Source: Mayamaea pseudoterrestris (lineage: Eukaryota). From it: DNA of 64,000 nucleotides. The stretch is taken from the NCBI GenBank assembly GCA_027923505.1, contig BROI01000002.1, forward strand, positions 2,480,001 to 2,544,000. The letters run 5' to 3'. Below, one piece after another: positions 11,179-23,100 of this stretch (within the stretch, counting starts at the first letter, position 1; every line of letters begins with the position of its first letter). The notes under the pieces were generated by a model, which saw only the letters and a list, made by a program, of their open reading frames with translations, made no database searches and had not been told where the DNA came from. Made by a program: the position numbers and the translations under genes.

Positions 11179-11243
11179 TTGTATGAGTTGGTGTTTTTCA
11201 ACGCTATATACTCTTTAAGCTCCAACTCGCAAAGAATTTGGGT

Positions 11244-13108
11244 TTATCGTACCGAACGCGATGTCGATTTCTTAATCCAGGCGCCAACTACCTCCACGTT
11301 TGGGTCGTCCACGCGACGATGCCCATCCAGAAACTCATCCGATAACTGGGCGTTTCCCCATATCTGTACCTTGCTTAGCTGGTTGCCGCACTTGTCCACC
11401 AAATATCCCAGTCCCTTGTCTGTTACAGTTGTACAAAAACTGAAGTTCACCTCCACTAGGCTATCTCCACATGCGTGCACCAGGTGCTCCAATCCAATGT
11501 CAGTCAAGCGAGTCGATCCCTGAATATTCAGAAAAACAAGACCACCAAGCATGTTGGCAACATGCACGTCAGTGTCTCCTTGACGTCGAATAGCGGCCTG
11601 CGTTGCCAATTGAATCACTTCATCCGATACTGCCTCGTGATCACAATTGGCAAGATTCAGTCGCCTCAACATTGGCGGCAAGGCCATTCCAGGAACATGC
11701 AAAAAGAGAGCCTCCAAACCTTCGGACGACAGCTGCTTCAACCCTTCCAAGCTGAGCGACCGCAAGCCGGAACAATTTTGGCGGATGCTCGACAGAATCG
11801 AATCGGTCAGCTGGTGATTGCCGCTTAAATCAAGTGCCTCTAGTGTCGGTCCTGACATTCGCAGAATCTCGTCAACATTTTGATCTGTCAACCCATCTAC
11901 GAACCTGAGTCCCAAACTTTGAATGTTCTGAAAGGCTGCTGGAATGGCAGTGAGAGAAGCGATACTCTCAGCGTCTAACGGAAGATCTTCCAACGTCAAC
12001 TCCAACAGCTTTGCGGAGGTGGCGGAGGAGTAAGATTCGCTAATGGCGCTCGCCGTTTCTTTCCCGAGCATAGGGCATGCCTTAAATTCAATTGACGAGA
12101 GCGTCGACGAGAGCGTCCGGACGAGGGACGCTGCGTCGGCATCACTCAGGACATACGCTCCACCTATCGCCAAAGCAAACAGGTTCTTCACACGTGCTTT
12201 CACAATCAAGTTCGCAGCCTGTGGACCAAAACATCGTCCACACTGGTCAAGGACAAGGAAACGGAGTCCTGAGGGAAGCAACTTCTCGAGACTGTCACAC
12301 AAGTCTTCCTGCGTAATGCTGGAGCAATCCACCAGCTCCAACGCTTCAATTCCAACTTCGGCAATGGCATGAAACGCTTGAGCGTCCAGCTTGTTGGAAC
12401 CGACCAGTTCCTTGGCAATCGCAGCCCGAATGGAACTGTCCACATTGCCAAGTGCGTCGACGCAATCGAAATTGTCCACGAGGAATCGTGTGCAGAGTTG
12501 AAACAGTGATGGAATCTTTTGCTCGTTAAGTTTGACATCTTGACGTTTTTGTCGTTTGGCGTAGATGGAATCTCCATTTGTAAGATTAGGTCGACTCTTC
12601 CACTGCAGGGCGGGGTGTGCCTTGCGCTTTTGTTCGTTCGCCAGGTCAAGCATGACTTGATCGAGAGGATGGTTTCCCTGTGCCTCGTCCAACTCGGCCT
12701 CTCGCTCTAGTCGAGCTTCCTCTCGCTTGGCAATCATTTGTCGGGCGACACTAAACGGGCCACACCATTCTTGCGAAAGGTGATTGGATCCCGCACCTTT
12801 CTTGATGAGCATTCCACGCGGGGTTGTCGACACGCCAGAGAGTTTGCGATTGGCGTGGTCTGTATTCATAAGAGCAAGAAACATATTGAGTAAAGGATCC
12901 ATCTTACAACAAAGTATCGATCATAATTGCAGCCAAGACACGTACCTAGGTTGGCCTGGGGTTGCTCTTCGGGACGGGCGAGTCGATTAGCTTCTCGCTC
13001 CGCCACGAAGCGCTGACGCTCACGTACATGTTCCGCGACGCTTCGCTCCGGCTCGGCCACATTGCCTCTCGCTTGTCGCCTTCCTCCATTTCCTCTTTCT
13101 CGAGCCAT
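11244..13108 (-). CDS. RAD7-like leucine-rich-repeat protein; intron 12860-12945
   Basis: EWCGPFSVARQM motif, IPSLFQLC motif and many cysteine-containing-type LRRs (LDLSGNHQLTD, VNFSFCTTVTDKGLGYL). Splicing CTAG|ACCAC joins the upstream exon starting MARERG in frame. Confidence 0.75.
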
Positions 13109-13385
13109 TATGGTAAAGAAGGTGTCTTTGATATCTCTCGTTTTGTGAAATGAACGTCTGAAAAATTGTGGTGCATGTATGGTTGCAATAGCGTTGATGG
13201 CGGTCGCGGCGCGCTGCGGAGAAAAAATTGTGGCCCCCAAAACCGCTGCGACAAAGCGTGACAGAAATGCGACGACGACGATGACTCGTCGCGGCGCTAA
13301 TACGAGCGTCGCGTCAAACCTCATCATCGTCAATGATCCTGCCGAAGCGAGCAATTTTAGGGGTGATACGGTTGACCCATAGAGA

Positions 13386-14234
13386 ATGCCCCAAGTGGAA
13401 GAAGAATGGAAGACTGTGAAAAAGACAGACAGGAAGAGGGTCATGAGGAGGCGTGGACGAGGAAACGGACATCATTCAGCCATGGGTCACAGCTCCGTCA
13501 CTTCCCCGCTAATAGAAGATTACCTTCAACTAGAGCAAGTGATTGAACGATGCATGACAGATGTTCAACAAACAAGAATCTATCAGGATGTGTTATTGCG
13601 ACTAAAGGAGGAGAATTTGCGTTTGCAGCACCTTGTTTGCTACGGCATTGGCAGCTTTTCCGCATCGTCTACCACGCATTATTCGGCTTCCATGTGGCAA
13701 ATTGCATTTGCTCTCAGTCTTGTAATGGACTCGACGACGGTAAAGAACAAAGAAATCACTTTATCATACTTCGATCCATGCATGTCTACGATCGAAGAAC
13801 GTTTTCTATGCGAGCGCCACATTAATGTTCTGACAACCAATGAACGAGGGAAGCATTTCTTTCAACAAGACGGACCAGTTCTCTTTTTCATGCCTCACTG
13901 TCCCAAACTTTTGTATGAAAATGTGGCATGGTCGCATTGGCTTCGTCTCCGGCAAATCGCGATCATTGGCAACTCCCTCATTAATCACGCGGAAGCATTG
14001 CTCTCCGGGGGCGGCGGCGGCGATGACCGTCAGCCGTGTCCTTGTCTAAAGCATCTTGTACCATTTATCGAGGAAGTCAAGCTAGAAGCGTCCAAACTTG
14101 ACGTACAGGAAGCTGCTGGCAACTTTAACGGGGCGTTCAACGACACATACCTTACGACGTTTGCGAGAAATGACGCTTGGCCCGATAGACCTGAAGCAAG
14201 CGATTGCAGCGATGGCGACGGTGAATTAATATGA
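13386..14234 (+). CDS. SRR1 (sensitivity to red light reduced)-domain protein
   Basis: LVCYGIGSF...WQIAF; YFDP; LFFMPHCPKLLYEN; IIGNS; GAFNDT. Confidence 0.88.
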   Translation: MPQVEEEWKTVKKTDRKRVMRRRGRGNGHHSAMGHSSVTSPLIEDYLQLEQVIERCMTDVQQTRIYQDVLLRLKEENLRLQHLVCYGIGSFSASSTTHYSASMWQIAFALSLVMDSTTVKNKEITLSYFDPCMSTIEERFLCERHINVLTTNERGKHFFQQDGPVLFFMPHCPKLLYENVAWSHWLRLRQIAIIGNSLINHAEALLSGGGGGDDRQPCPCLKHLVPFIEEVKLEASKLDVQEAAGNFNGAFNDTYLTTFARNDAWPDRPEASDCSDGDGELI

Positions 14235-14291
14235 TAAAGAAGTTTGAAATGACTGTCATAAAATACCAATGATTGAATCTTATCATTACAA

Positions 14292-15777
14292 TTATGCCGT
14301 TCCGACGGTTTCCCTCATGGTCACACTCACGCGTCGGTCTGAGAGTATATCCGACGCTTCAATCCCATGCGTCCACTCGTAGCGCGCCTTTCCGGTCAGA
14401 ACCTGTAGGGTGCGCCTTTTCAACAAAATCTTTTTAGCCACTGAAGCATCACGCTCCTTTGCAAACACCATGTAGCAGTCACCCGCTAGCGACAGGTTGA
14501 CAATGGGTTCCTTATACTTGACGCGGTCATCCATATGTGCTTTGAGGTGATCGCCACGCGAGCTTCGATAGTCAATCACATTCATTTCGTTTGGGACACA
14601 GTTTTGCAGGAGAAAAGCGACTTGTTGTAGTTTTGACGAAACGATTCCATGAAACCAGCGAGGCATTGGATGCACGGGAGGCCGCAAATGCTTGCTCCAT
14701 AAATCGTGATCAATTCCAAATCGCTTCTCAAAATGTGAGCCAGTATGTTTCTCGCGTACCCATGCTTGTTGGGCGTTAGATTGATCCAGGTCAGAAAGAA
14801 TCAACAATTCCTCCTCCTGCGACAGGAAATTCTCAATCAGATATAAACCAGGAAGTGGTTGCGATGACTGTCGGCCAACATCAACAGCTGACAGTAGTTT
14901 CGGCTTTTGCCACCATGATATTGAGGACTCCGATGCCACCATTGGCGTTGACTGTTGCATTGAAGGTGGCGCCGTGGCCCGGCGCATTGTTACGCTGACT
15001 CTCCTCGGCGACAGCAAATCGGCATGATGGATTGCGTGGGTGAAGTCGTAGCGAGCCTTACCCGTCATTATTTGAAGACAGCGCCGTTTCAGCAAGACAC
15101 GGTACTCCGAAACTGCATTGTTTCGATTGGCAGCAATGTTGCTGAACGTCATGACGCAATCGCCCGCCAAGGAAATGTTGGCAATCGGTTCTTCCGCCAG
15201 TTTCCTGTCATCAACGTGAGCTTTCAAGTAATGCCCGTCATCTTTTATATACTCAATAGCATTCGCCTCATCTGGAACCATGCCTTTCATGGGAGCCAAT
15301 CTTTTTAGTTTGGGGAGTAATAGCGACCTCACGAAGCGAGGCAAAGGATTCTTTTTATGACTTGACTTGAGACCAAATGTCGTACAATGAGCTCCCCAAC
15401 GCTTGCCCGTGTGAGTTCCATTGATATTCGATGGTATCCAAGGCAAATGCTCGTCCCTGTGTTTGTCGCCCGTCCCATCAAGCTGCGCCAATATCAAAAC
15501 TTCCTCCTCGATATATTAGACGACTTGCAACAGGTGACTGGTTTACTTTAGCCGTATTTAGTTCTCCGCAACAATCAGAAGCATGCGCTTCCAGCCTATG
15601 CAGGGGGAATGACACTCCACAGAGGGGACATGGTTGGAAGCAGCTGCTGCTGCCAGTGGAAAGTCGGCGGAGTCGCTTATGCGTGGCAACGTTTGCGTGG
15701 ACTCCCGCATCCCTCGACTCCAATCGCTTATTAGAATCTTGAAGAAATGTCGTAATGGACAATTGCTGCTTTTTCAT
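14292..15777 (-). CDS. UBZ-type zinc finger plus two tandem AlkB-like 2OG-Fe(II) dioxygenase domains; frame break near 15500-15545
   Basis: CPLCGVSFPLHRLEAHASDC in ORF 15478-15798. Two domains in ORF 14292-15497, each with HxD (HVD, HMD), ISL/LSL, RY...H and RRVSVTMR. Confidence 0.8.
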
Positions 15778-15959
15778 CGTCTCTATATCGGCGAACAAGA
15801 CAAAAGAGGAACTAAAAAATAACGGAGAGAGGTGCGAGCAAGCTGGTGTCGGCGAGAATTGCGGTGCGACAGTCTATTCCTAGCACTCTGCTACACTGAT
15901 TTAATCTATATAGAAAGAGCAACTCATACAGCAGTCTTGTAGTCTGATGGGCCATAACT

Positions 15960-18000
15960 CATGGAACAAGACTATTGGGGTTGTCTTGAAAGCCACACAC
16001 TGTAGCACCATGGAGCTGGTTACTGTGTGGACCTCTGCCCTCCCAAACAACTGATGCTACATGTGAGCTGGGAATGATTGTTATCACTGCATACGTGTCT
16101 TCAAGCATAGCCAGAACAGAATTCATGGAAAAGAATACTGAGGGAGCCTTTGAAGGCCACACACTGTAGAACCATGGAGCTTGCTACTGTGTGGATCTTT
16201 GCCCTCCCAAACATGGAACAAGACTATTGAGGTTGTCTTGAAAGCCACACACTGTAGCACCATGGAGCTGGTTACTGTGTGGACCTCTGCCCTCCCAAAC
16301 AACTGATGCTACATGTGAGCTGGGAATGATTGTTATCACTGCATACGTGTCTTCAAGCATAGCCAGAACAGAATTCATGGAAAAGAATACTGAGGGAGCC
16401 TTTGAAGGCCACACACTGTAGAACCATGGAGCTTGCTACTGTGTGGATCTTTGCCCTCCCAAACCACTGATGCTACATGTGAGCTGGGAATGACTGTTAT
16501 GCACCAATCCCACCGCATACAAGTCCCCAAGGATAGCCAGAACAGAATTCATGGAAAAAGATTGCTGAGGGAGCCCTTGAAGGCCACACACTGTAGCACC
16601 ATGCAGCTTGCTACTGTTGGATGTTTGCCCTCCCAAACAACTGATGCTACATGTGAGCTGGGAATGTTGTTATGCACCAATCTCACCACATACGTGTCTT
16701 CAAGCATAGCCAGAACAGAAGTCATGGAACAAGACTATTGGTGGTAGTCTTTGAAGGCCACACACTGTAGCACCATGGAGCTTGCTACTGTCGGATGTTT
16801 GCCCTCCCAAACAACTGATGCAACACATGAGCTGGGAATGATTGTTATGCACCAATCTCACCACATATGTGTCCCTAAGCATAGCCAGAACAGGATTCAT
16901 GGAAAAAGACTACTGAGGGAGCCTTTGAAGGCCACACACTGTAGCACCATGGAGCTGGTTACTGTGTGGACCTCTGCCCTCCCAAACAACTGATGCAACA
17001 CGTGAGCTGGGAATGATTGTTACGCACCAATCTCACCACATACGTGTCCCCAAGCATAGCCAGAACAGAATTCATGGAAAATGACTATTGGTGGTAGTCT
17101 TTGAAGGCCACACACTGTAGCACCATGGAGCTTGCTACTGTCGGATGTTTGCCCTCCCAAACAACTGATGCAACACGTGAGCTGGGAATGATTGTTATGC
17201 ACCAATCCCACCACATACAAGTCCCCAAGGATAGCCAGAACAGGATTCATGGAACAAGACTACTGAGGGAGCCTTTGAAGGCCACACTGTAGCACCATGC
17301 AGCTTGCTACTGTTGGATGTTTGCCCGCCCAAACAACTGATGCTACATGTGAGCTGGGAATGATTGTTATGCACCAATCCCACTGCGTACAAGTCCCCAA
17401 GGATAGCCAGAACAGGATTCATGGAACAAGACTACTGAGGGAGCCTTTGAAGGCCACACTGTAGCACCATGCAGCTTGCTACTGTTGGATGTTTGCCCTC
17501 CCAAACAACTGATGCTACATGTGAGCTGGAAATGTTGTTATGCACCAATCTCACCTTATAAGTGTCACCAAGGATAGCCAGAACAGAATTTATGGAACAA
17601 GACTACTGAGGGAGCCTTTGAAGGCCACACACGGTAGCACCATGGAGCTTGCTACTGTGTGGATGTTTGCCCTCCCAAACAACTGATGCTATATGTGAGC
17701 TGCAAAAGATTGTTGTGCACCAATCTCACCACATATGTGTCCCCAAGCATAGCTTAAACAGAATTCATGGAACAAGACTATTGAGAGTAGTCTCTGAAGG
17801 CCACACACTGTAGCATCATGGAGCTGGTTACTGTGTGGACCTCTGCCCTCCCAAACAACTGATGCAACACGTGAGCTGGGAATGATTGTTACGCACCAAT
17901 CTCACCACATACGTGTCCCCAAGCATAGTCAAAACAGAACTTATGGAACAAGACTATTGGGGGTAGTCTCTGAAGGCCACACTGTAGCACCATGGAGCTG
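15960..18000. repeat. Tandem satellite-like array A, ~175-bp monomer, ~12 copies, with higher-order structure
   Basis: TGAAGGCCACAC recurs at ~16150, 16402, 16578, 16752, 16926, 17102, 17276, 17447, 17619, 17795 and 17971. Near-identical spurious ORFs are offset by 252 bp (16162/16414) and 350 bp (16751/17101). Confidence 0.97.
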
Positions 18001-18381
18001 GTTGTGGTAGGATATATCTTAACATGCTTCACAACATTATTTGGAATACTGCGTTGTTACGTAGATGATGTCATGGTTTGGCGCATGCAATGGCCCCTTA
18101 CGATGATCGTGTTATCTAGCCCAAGCACAATGCTTTACTTTAGGAGTATGCTCTCAGAGAGCCATCAATTACCTATCAACTACTGCAACCCCAGCCTCTC
18201 CATCTGTTCCATATAGACTAAAATCGTTAACACCAACCCATTAAATCGTTGCTTTGAAGGCCAGTGTTGTTCTGACTGTGTCTACTGTTTGACATTTTTG
18301 TGTGTGCGGAGCGCGCAAAAGTCTTCGCAGGCTTTGTGAAACCATTGTTCCTACCACCTCCCCACCCCACAAGTGTGTTTT

Positions 18382-19773
18382 CTATATGACATAGTCCTGC
18401 ACAACACGTTTTTTTAGAAAAGTGACAAATCGAATAGGTGTGTGGACAACCTTCAATCGGAAGGAATTGCACAGTCCCACCGACTCGCCGGAATGCTGGA
18501 GTGGATATCCAGATGTGCGCTCGCTGTTCGTCCTTTGAAGCGATAGCTGCTCGGGTTGCACGGTAATTTCAAAATCATCGCCGAGAAAGTCTAAACACTG
18601 GAATGTATCATCACCCAAGTCTCGATAGGAACCAGAAAAAATTCCAGGAATGTTGATAAAGCCCAGCAGCGGATGTATCCTGCCCAGTCGAAGGTGCATT
18701 TTACTTGGAGACAGTCGAGCGAACGGAAACAGCCGCAGTCCACCGCCATAGAAAGGGCTTGTACCAGCAGCAACAATCCCCGCCGTTCCATTGTACACGA
18801 GGGCGTCACGTAGCGGTTGCACTACGTCCCCTCGGCGATGGTCCACCCAAAGCGTTTCTGGGTCATTCGAGACAATGGTCACTTGGACGCGATGCGCGTT
18901 GCGCCGAACGCATTTCGGTAAAGTCCGACTCACAAGTGCAACGCAGTAACCAGCCACGCTGCCGAACAATTGTGGTAAAATCTTGTTGCGAACGCTCCAA
19001 GCCTTCAAATCTTTAAAGTCCTGCAGGAGCAACGAGTCAAACCCGACGCCGGCAAAGAAACACAAATCACCGTGCGTGCGATTAGACTGCGTCGTAAGCT
19101 CCATCATTGGGAGTTCCACTTGATCAACGTTAGCAATGATTGAGTCATAGTCAAGTCCCCTGTCCAAGTCTTGGCCTACCGTCCGCAGCATCTCCAACAC
19201 GTTTGTGAATCGTTCCTGTTGTAGCTTTTTCCGTCGAAAGAGCCGCTTCCATAAAGTGGGGCGTTTGAGCGAATCAGGCGGGGGCGCCCGGCAACCAGCA
19301 ACTGATCCGACACCATTACCGGTACCCATAGGAATGTATCCAACGACTGGCAGGGTTTGCATAGCTTGTTCCATGGTCAAGTTCTGATTGTCGCTTCGAA
19401 CCTGCTTGACCATGTAGTTGACCAAGCTACTCAGAGTGCCATCACCTCCCACTGGAACAACCAGCGAAACATTTCTTTGAATAAGCTGTCGTGCCGCTTC
19501 TCGGGCTTCCTCCGCCGTCGTAGTTGTAAAGACGGCGTCGGAACCAAGGATTCGTTGAGCAATGGGGACCAAATCTTGAGTCACGGAACGAGCATTCTTG
19601 TTGAGTATAATGGCAACAGGACATGAGGACGACAACAACGTTGACTGCCCATATGCACTGGTTGACATAGAAGTCTGCTTGTTTGTGACCCTGACACTCA
19701 AGCAATCGGCATCATTAATTAGCAAGGCGATTGCGACGACAACGGAAAAAGTCGATGCAAGGTTCACAATCAT
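18382..19773 (-). CDS. Diacylglycerol-kinase catalytic-domain lipid kinase (YegS/BmrU-like) with signal peptide
   Basis: ILNKNA, VGGDGTL, IPMGTGN, FAGVGFDS, FYGGG motifs; hydrophobic N-terminus. Confidence 0.87.
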   Translation of the reverse strand: MIVNLASTFSVVVAIALLINDADCLSVRVTNKQTSMSTSAYGQSTLLSSSCPVAIILNKNARSVTQDLVPIAQRILGSDAVFTTTTAEEAREAARQLIQRNVSLVVPVGGDGTLSSLVNYMVKQVRSDNQNLTMEQAMQTLPVVGYIPMGTGNGVGSVAGCRAPPPDSLKRPTLWKRLFRRKKLQQERFTNVLEMLRTVGQDLDRGLDYDSIIANVDQVELPMMELTTQSNRTHGDLCFFAGVGFDSLLLQDFKDLKAWSVRNKILPQLFGSVAGYCVALVSRTLPKCVRRNAHRVQVTIVSNDPETLWVDHRRGDVVQPLRDALVYNGTAGIVAAGTSPFYGGGLRLFPFARLSPSKMHLRLGRIHPLLGFINIPGIFSGSYRDLGDDTFQCLDFLGDDFEITVQPEQLSLQRTNSERTSGYPLQHSGESVGLCNSFRLKVVHTPIRFVTFLKKRVVQDYVI

Positions 19774-20106
19774 GACGGGCAAGAAAGTTCAACGGCCTCG
19801 CCGGATGGGTTATTTCTGAGTCGAGAGTTTCAACTCCAGAGGTAGCGCAACGTATAATAGATAACAATTGCAAGTATGGCGACACGATTCAAGATTGTTT
19901 CGTCGCGTCCATCGAATCCTCTGTTGCGCGTCGACAAAACTTACAGAACGTCTTTCTGTCGTCGACGAAAGCAGTACCGGTGCGAATTGTGCATCAGCAT
20001 CATCCTACGAACCTTCACCATGGAGACGTCGTTGTGAGCGCGTCTGGTCCACCGTCACTGCTTTACATGCATACTTTTGGATCTGATCACGTAGTAAGAA
20101 CTCATC

Positions 20107-23100
20107 ATGGTGAAGCCACCCAAGCGCATGGAACCAGAGTCCGTCGAGCTCTCCAAGGCTGGGCGTTCCACCAGCAAGGCGTTCCAAGAGAATTCGTTTG
20201 CAAACTACATGGCGCGCAAAATTGAAGGTCAGCGCCAGACCAAGGGCTGTGTCCTTCCTCCAGATCCGCGAGAACACGAAAATCATGCAGGAGGAAAAAC
20301 GACAATGGCTAAAGTGAAGGAAGTTCGATTTGCGCCGGACGTTGTCATCAAGGAACGAACCACGTCGTCATCTATGATGAAACGGCAAAGACCCAAGAAT
20401 GCAATTGAAATGATGGACGTTGTCAAACGACTGAAGATGCATCATGGTCATGGATACTCGGAGCGACAAAGAGATGGTAGTCAAGATAGGATTGCGGCCA
20501 TCGCATCAGTCACGGCGAAGAGTTTTGAGCCAGAGCTAGCGAATGCTGCATCGGAGGAGTCAATAAATAATTTTCATCCGACAGCGGCAGGCATCACGGC
20601 AATCCATCGCCCAGATTTATTCTTTCTCGGCGTCGTGGTCCTTGTCAACGGCTACACTAATCCTGACACAGAAACGATCCATCGACTCTTGCACAAGCAT
20701 GGGGGCGACCTGGAAAAGTATGAGACAAGCAGAGTCACACACATTATCGCAGAAAACCTATCGTTTGCCAAGGCTAATGTCTACAAGAAGAACAGAAAAC
20801 CACGACCTGTTTGTAAGCCGGCGTGGATCGTCGATAGTGTAGTCGCACAACGATTACTACCTTTTCGTAACTACCTGCTGGACGATGTTCGCAAAGAAGA
20901 AACTACAGTTCGACCTTTGACGACTTATTTTTCAAAACAACCCGTGGTATTTGAGGCTTCGACTGTTCAGGGCAACGCCAGCGCCGTACAACTAGATTGC
21001 GATGGTGCAAACACCGATTCTGCATCGACAGCGACCGGTGATGACTGCGGCGAGACAATAAAGGCGCAACCGCTGCTTTTGCTAGACGATCATGCAAACG
21101 TCTCGTCTCCTCGAGCGGAAAACCTTGAAATGAAGGATGGAAAAGATTGTGCTGTTGGCGAAATATTGCTTGCGGAGGGAAATTCGCCTTCAGGGCAAAA
21201 CACGTCCCTGAATAGTGGTCGCACCGATGACAAGTATATCAACGGACGCATTCGGACGATTGGCACGGATCCCAAATTCCTTGAGTCGTTTTTCAGTTCA
21301 TCGCGTCTGAGCTTCATTGGAAGTTACAAGCAACGAATGAAGAATACCGGGGGGAGTCCAACGAAAAAGAATGGTTCAGCGGCAAAGCACAAGCAGCGAT
21401 ACGTCATGCATGTCGATATGGATAGCTTCTTTTGCTCAGTTGTTCTTCGTAGCTTTCCGCAGTACAGAGACAAGCCAGTAGTCATATCTCATCACGGGAT
21501 GCGCAAAACAGAGACAGCAGCGAATGTGAGAGACTTGACAATCAGCAACGACTCTACTTCCGAATGCGCGACTTGCAACTATGAAGCCCGGAGGTACGGT
21601 ATAAAGAAAGGAATGTATTTGGGGCAAGCCAAGCAGCTATGCAAGGATTTGGTGGTCCTACATTACGATTTTGAAGGATTTGAAGAAGTATCAGAGCAAG
21701 TGGCTGAAATTCTATTTCGGAACGCGGCCAAGTACGATGGTACAGTCGAACAAGTATCTTGTGACGAAGCATTTCTTGAGCTTTTTCTTGGTATTGATGC
21801 ACAGCAATTGGTGGAAGATGTTGGGCGCAACATTCGGCGTGAGATATATGATGAGACACAATGTACTGCGACGGTTGGTATAAGTTCTAACAAGTTGCTA
21901 GCAAAACTGGCGACCGATAAAGTCAAGCCAAACGGTTTGCTGTACGCCTCTGATTACCGAGAGCTTTTACAAAATTTGAGACTCCGCGATTTGCATGGAA
22001 TTGGCTATCGACTGGAGCAAAAGCTAGCAGCTGAGGGGCTCGAGTTTGTTCAAGATGTCTGGGCTCAAAACAACAAGGACGACCTTGTCCAAATCTTAGG
22101 CAAGGCAACTGGCTCGAGACTTCACGACCTCTGTTTCGGTAAAGATGATCGTCCTGTTGAACCCGCGGAACGCAAATCAATCGGAGCTGAGGTAAGTGGC
22201 ACAGTTTGATGCTGTAAACTGTTTTGCGGTGCGGAGATTCATAGAAATTATTCTTCTTGCAGTGCAATTACGGAATTCGGTTTAATGGGCCGTATGGTCC
22301 GGACTACGCTATTGATTGTCTCGCACAAGAAGTTGAAAAGCGGATGTTTTTGGTCTGTGTGAAAGGGACAAAGATCACTCTCAAATTGAAGCAACGGAAA
22401 GAAGGTATGTCGTCATTGTGATGACATTCTATATACGGAGTATTAATTGCTTATTTTTATCAACTCTTTGCAGGTGCACCGCCTCCACCTAAATTTCTTG
22501 GGCACGGCAGTTGTCACAACCTATCCCGAAGCAGAGACGCGCCTGGTGGATTCAGTACACGGGAACATAGTGTTATTCGCGATGTATGTCGCGATTTATA
22601 CTCAGAAATGGCAGTAAAAGGGGACGATGTGCGAGGTCTCGGCATTGTTATCACCAAGCTGGTGAAGGACCGTGAGAGATACACTGGTAATGCTCGAGAC
22701 TCAGGTTTTGGCATCCAAAAGTTTTTTGCCGACGCTTCGGCAAATCTGGGGAGCTGTACGACACAGGCATATGATGCGGTGGTTATGATGGATGATCAAA
22801 CATCCGGAATGATTCCAGAATCCAGTAATCTTGAAAGACCAAGCCCATTCGTTATAAGAAACGCATTACGAAGACGTGATCATGACTGGGACTTCGAGCT
22901 TCCATCCATGAGCCAAATCCACATGAGTCAAATTGATCAATTACCGAGTCCGATGCGCCGACAAGCTACACGCAGGATTAAAGATGAAAACGCTGCGATG
23001 ACAAAAAAGAAGCTCGCAAAAATGAGCACATCATATGGCGATGTGTCGCGGTGGAAGCAAACGAATGTAAAAAGGCTGTTCCAGTTAGCTGCCGTCAAAA

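Noticed and set aside
15878..15895. Helitron 3' end (CTAG plus TAGCA-CTC-TGCTA hairpin) at the left edge of array A
   Set aside because: The hairpin is short, AT-rich and overlaps the CTAG; the flanking base does not fit A|T insertion; no matching 5' TC end could be defined.
15960..18000. Array A or B as a CRISPR array
   Set aside because: Whole monomers repeat with no unique spacers, there are no cas genes, and the context is eukaryotic.
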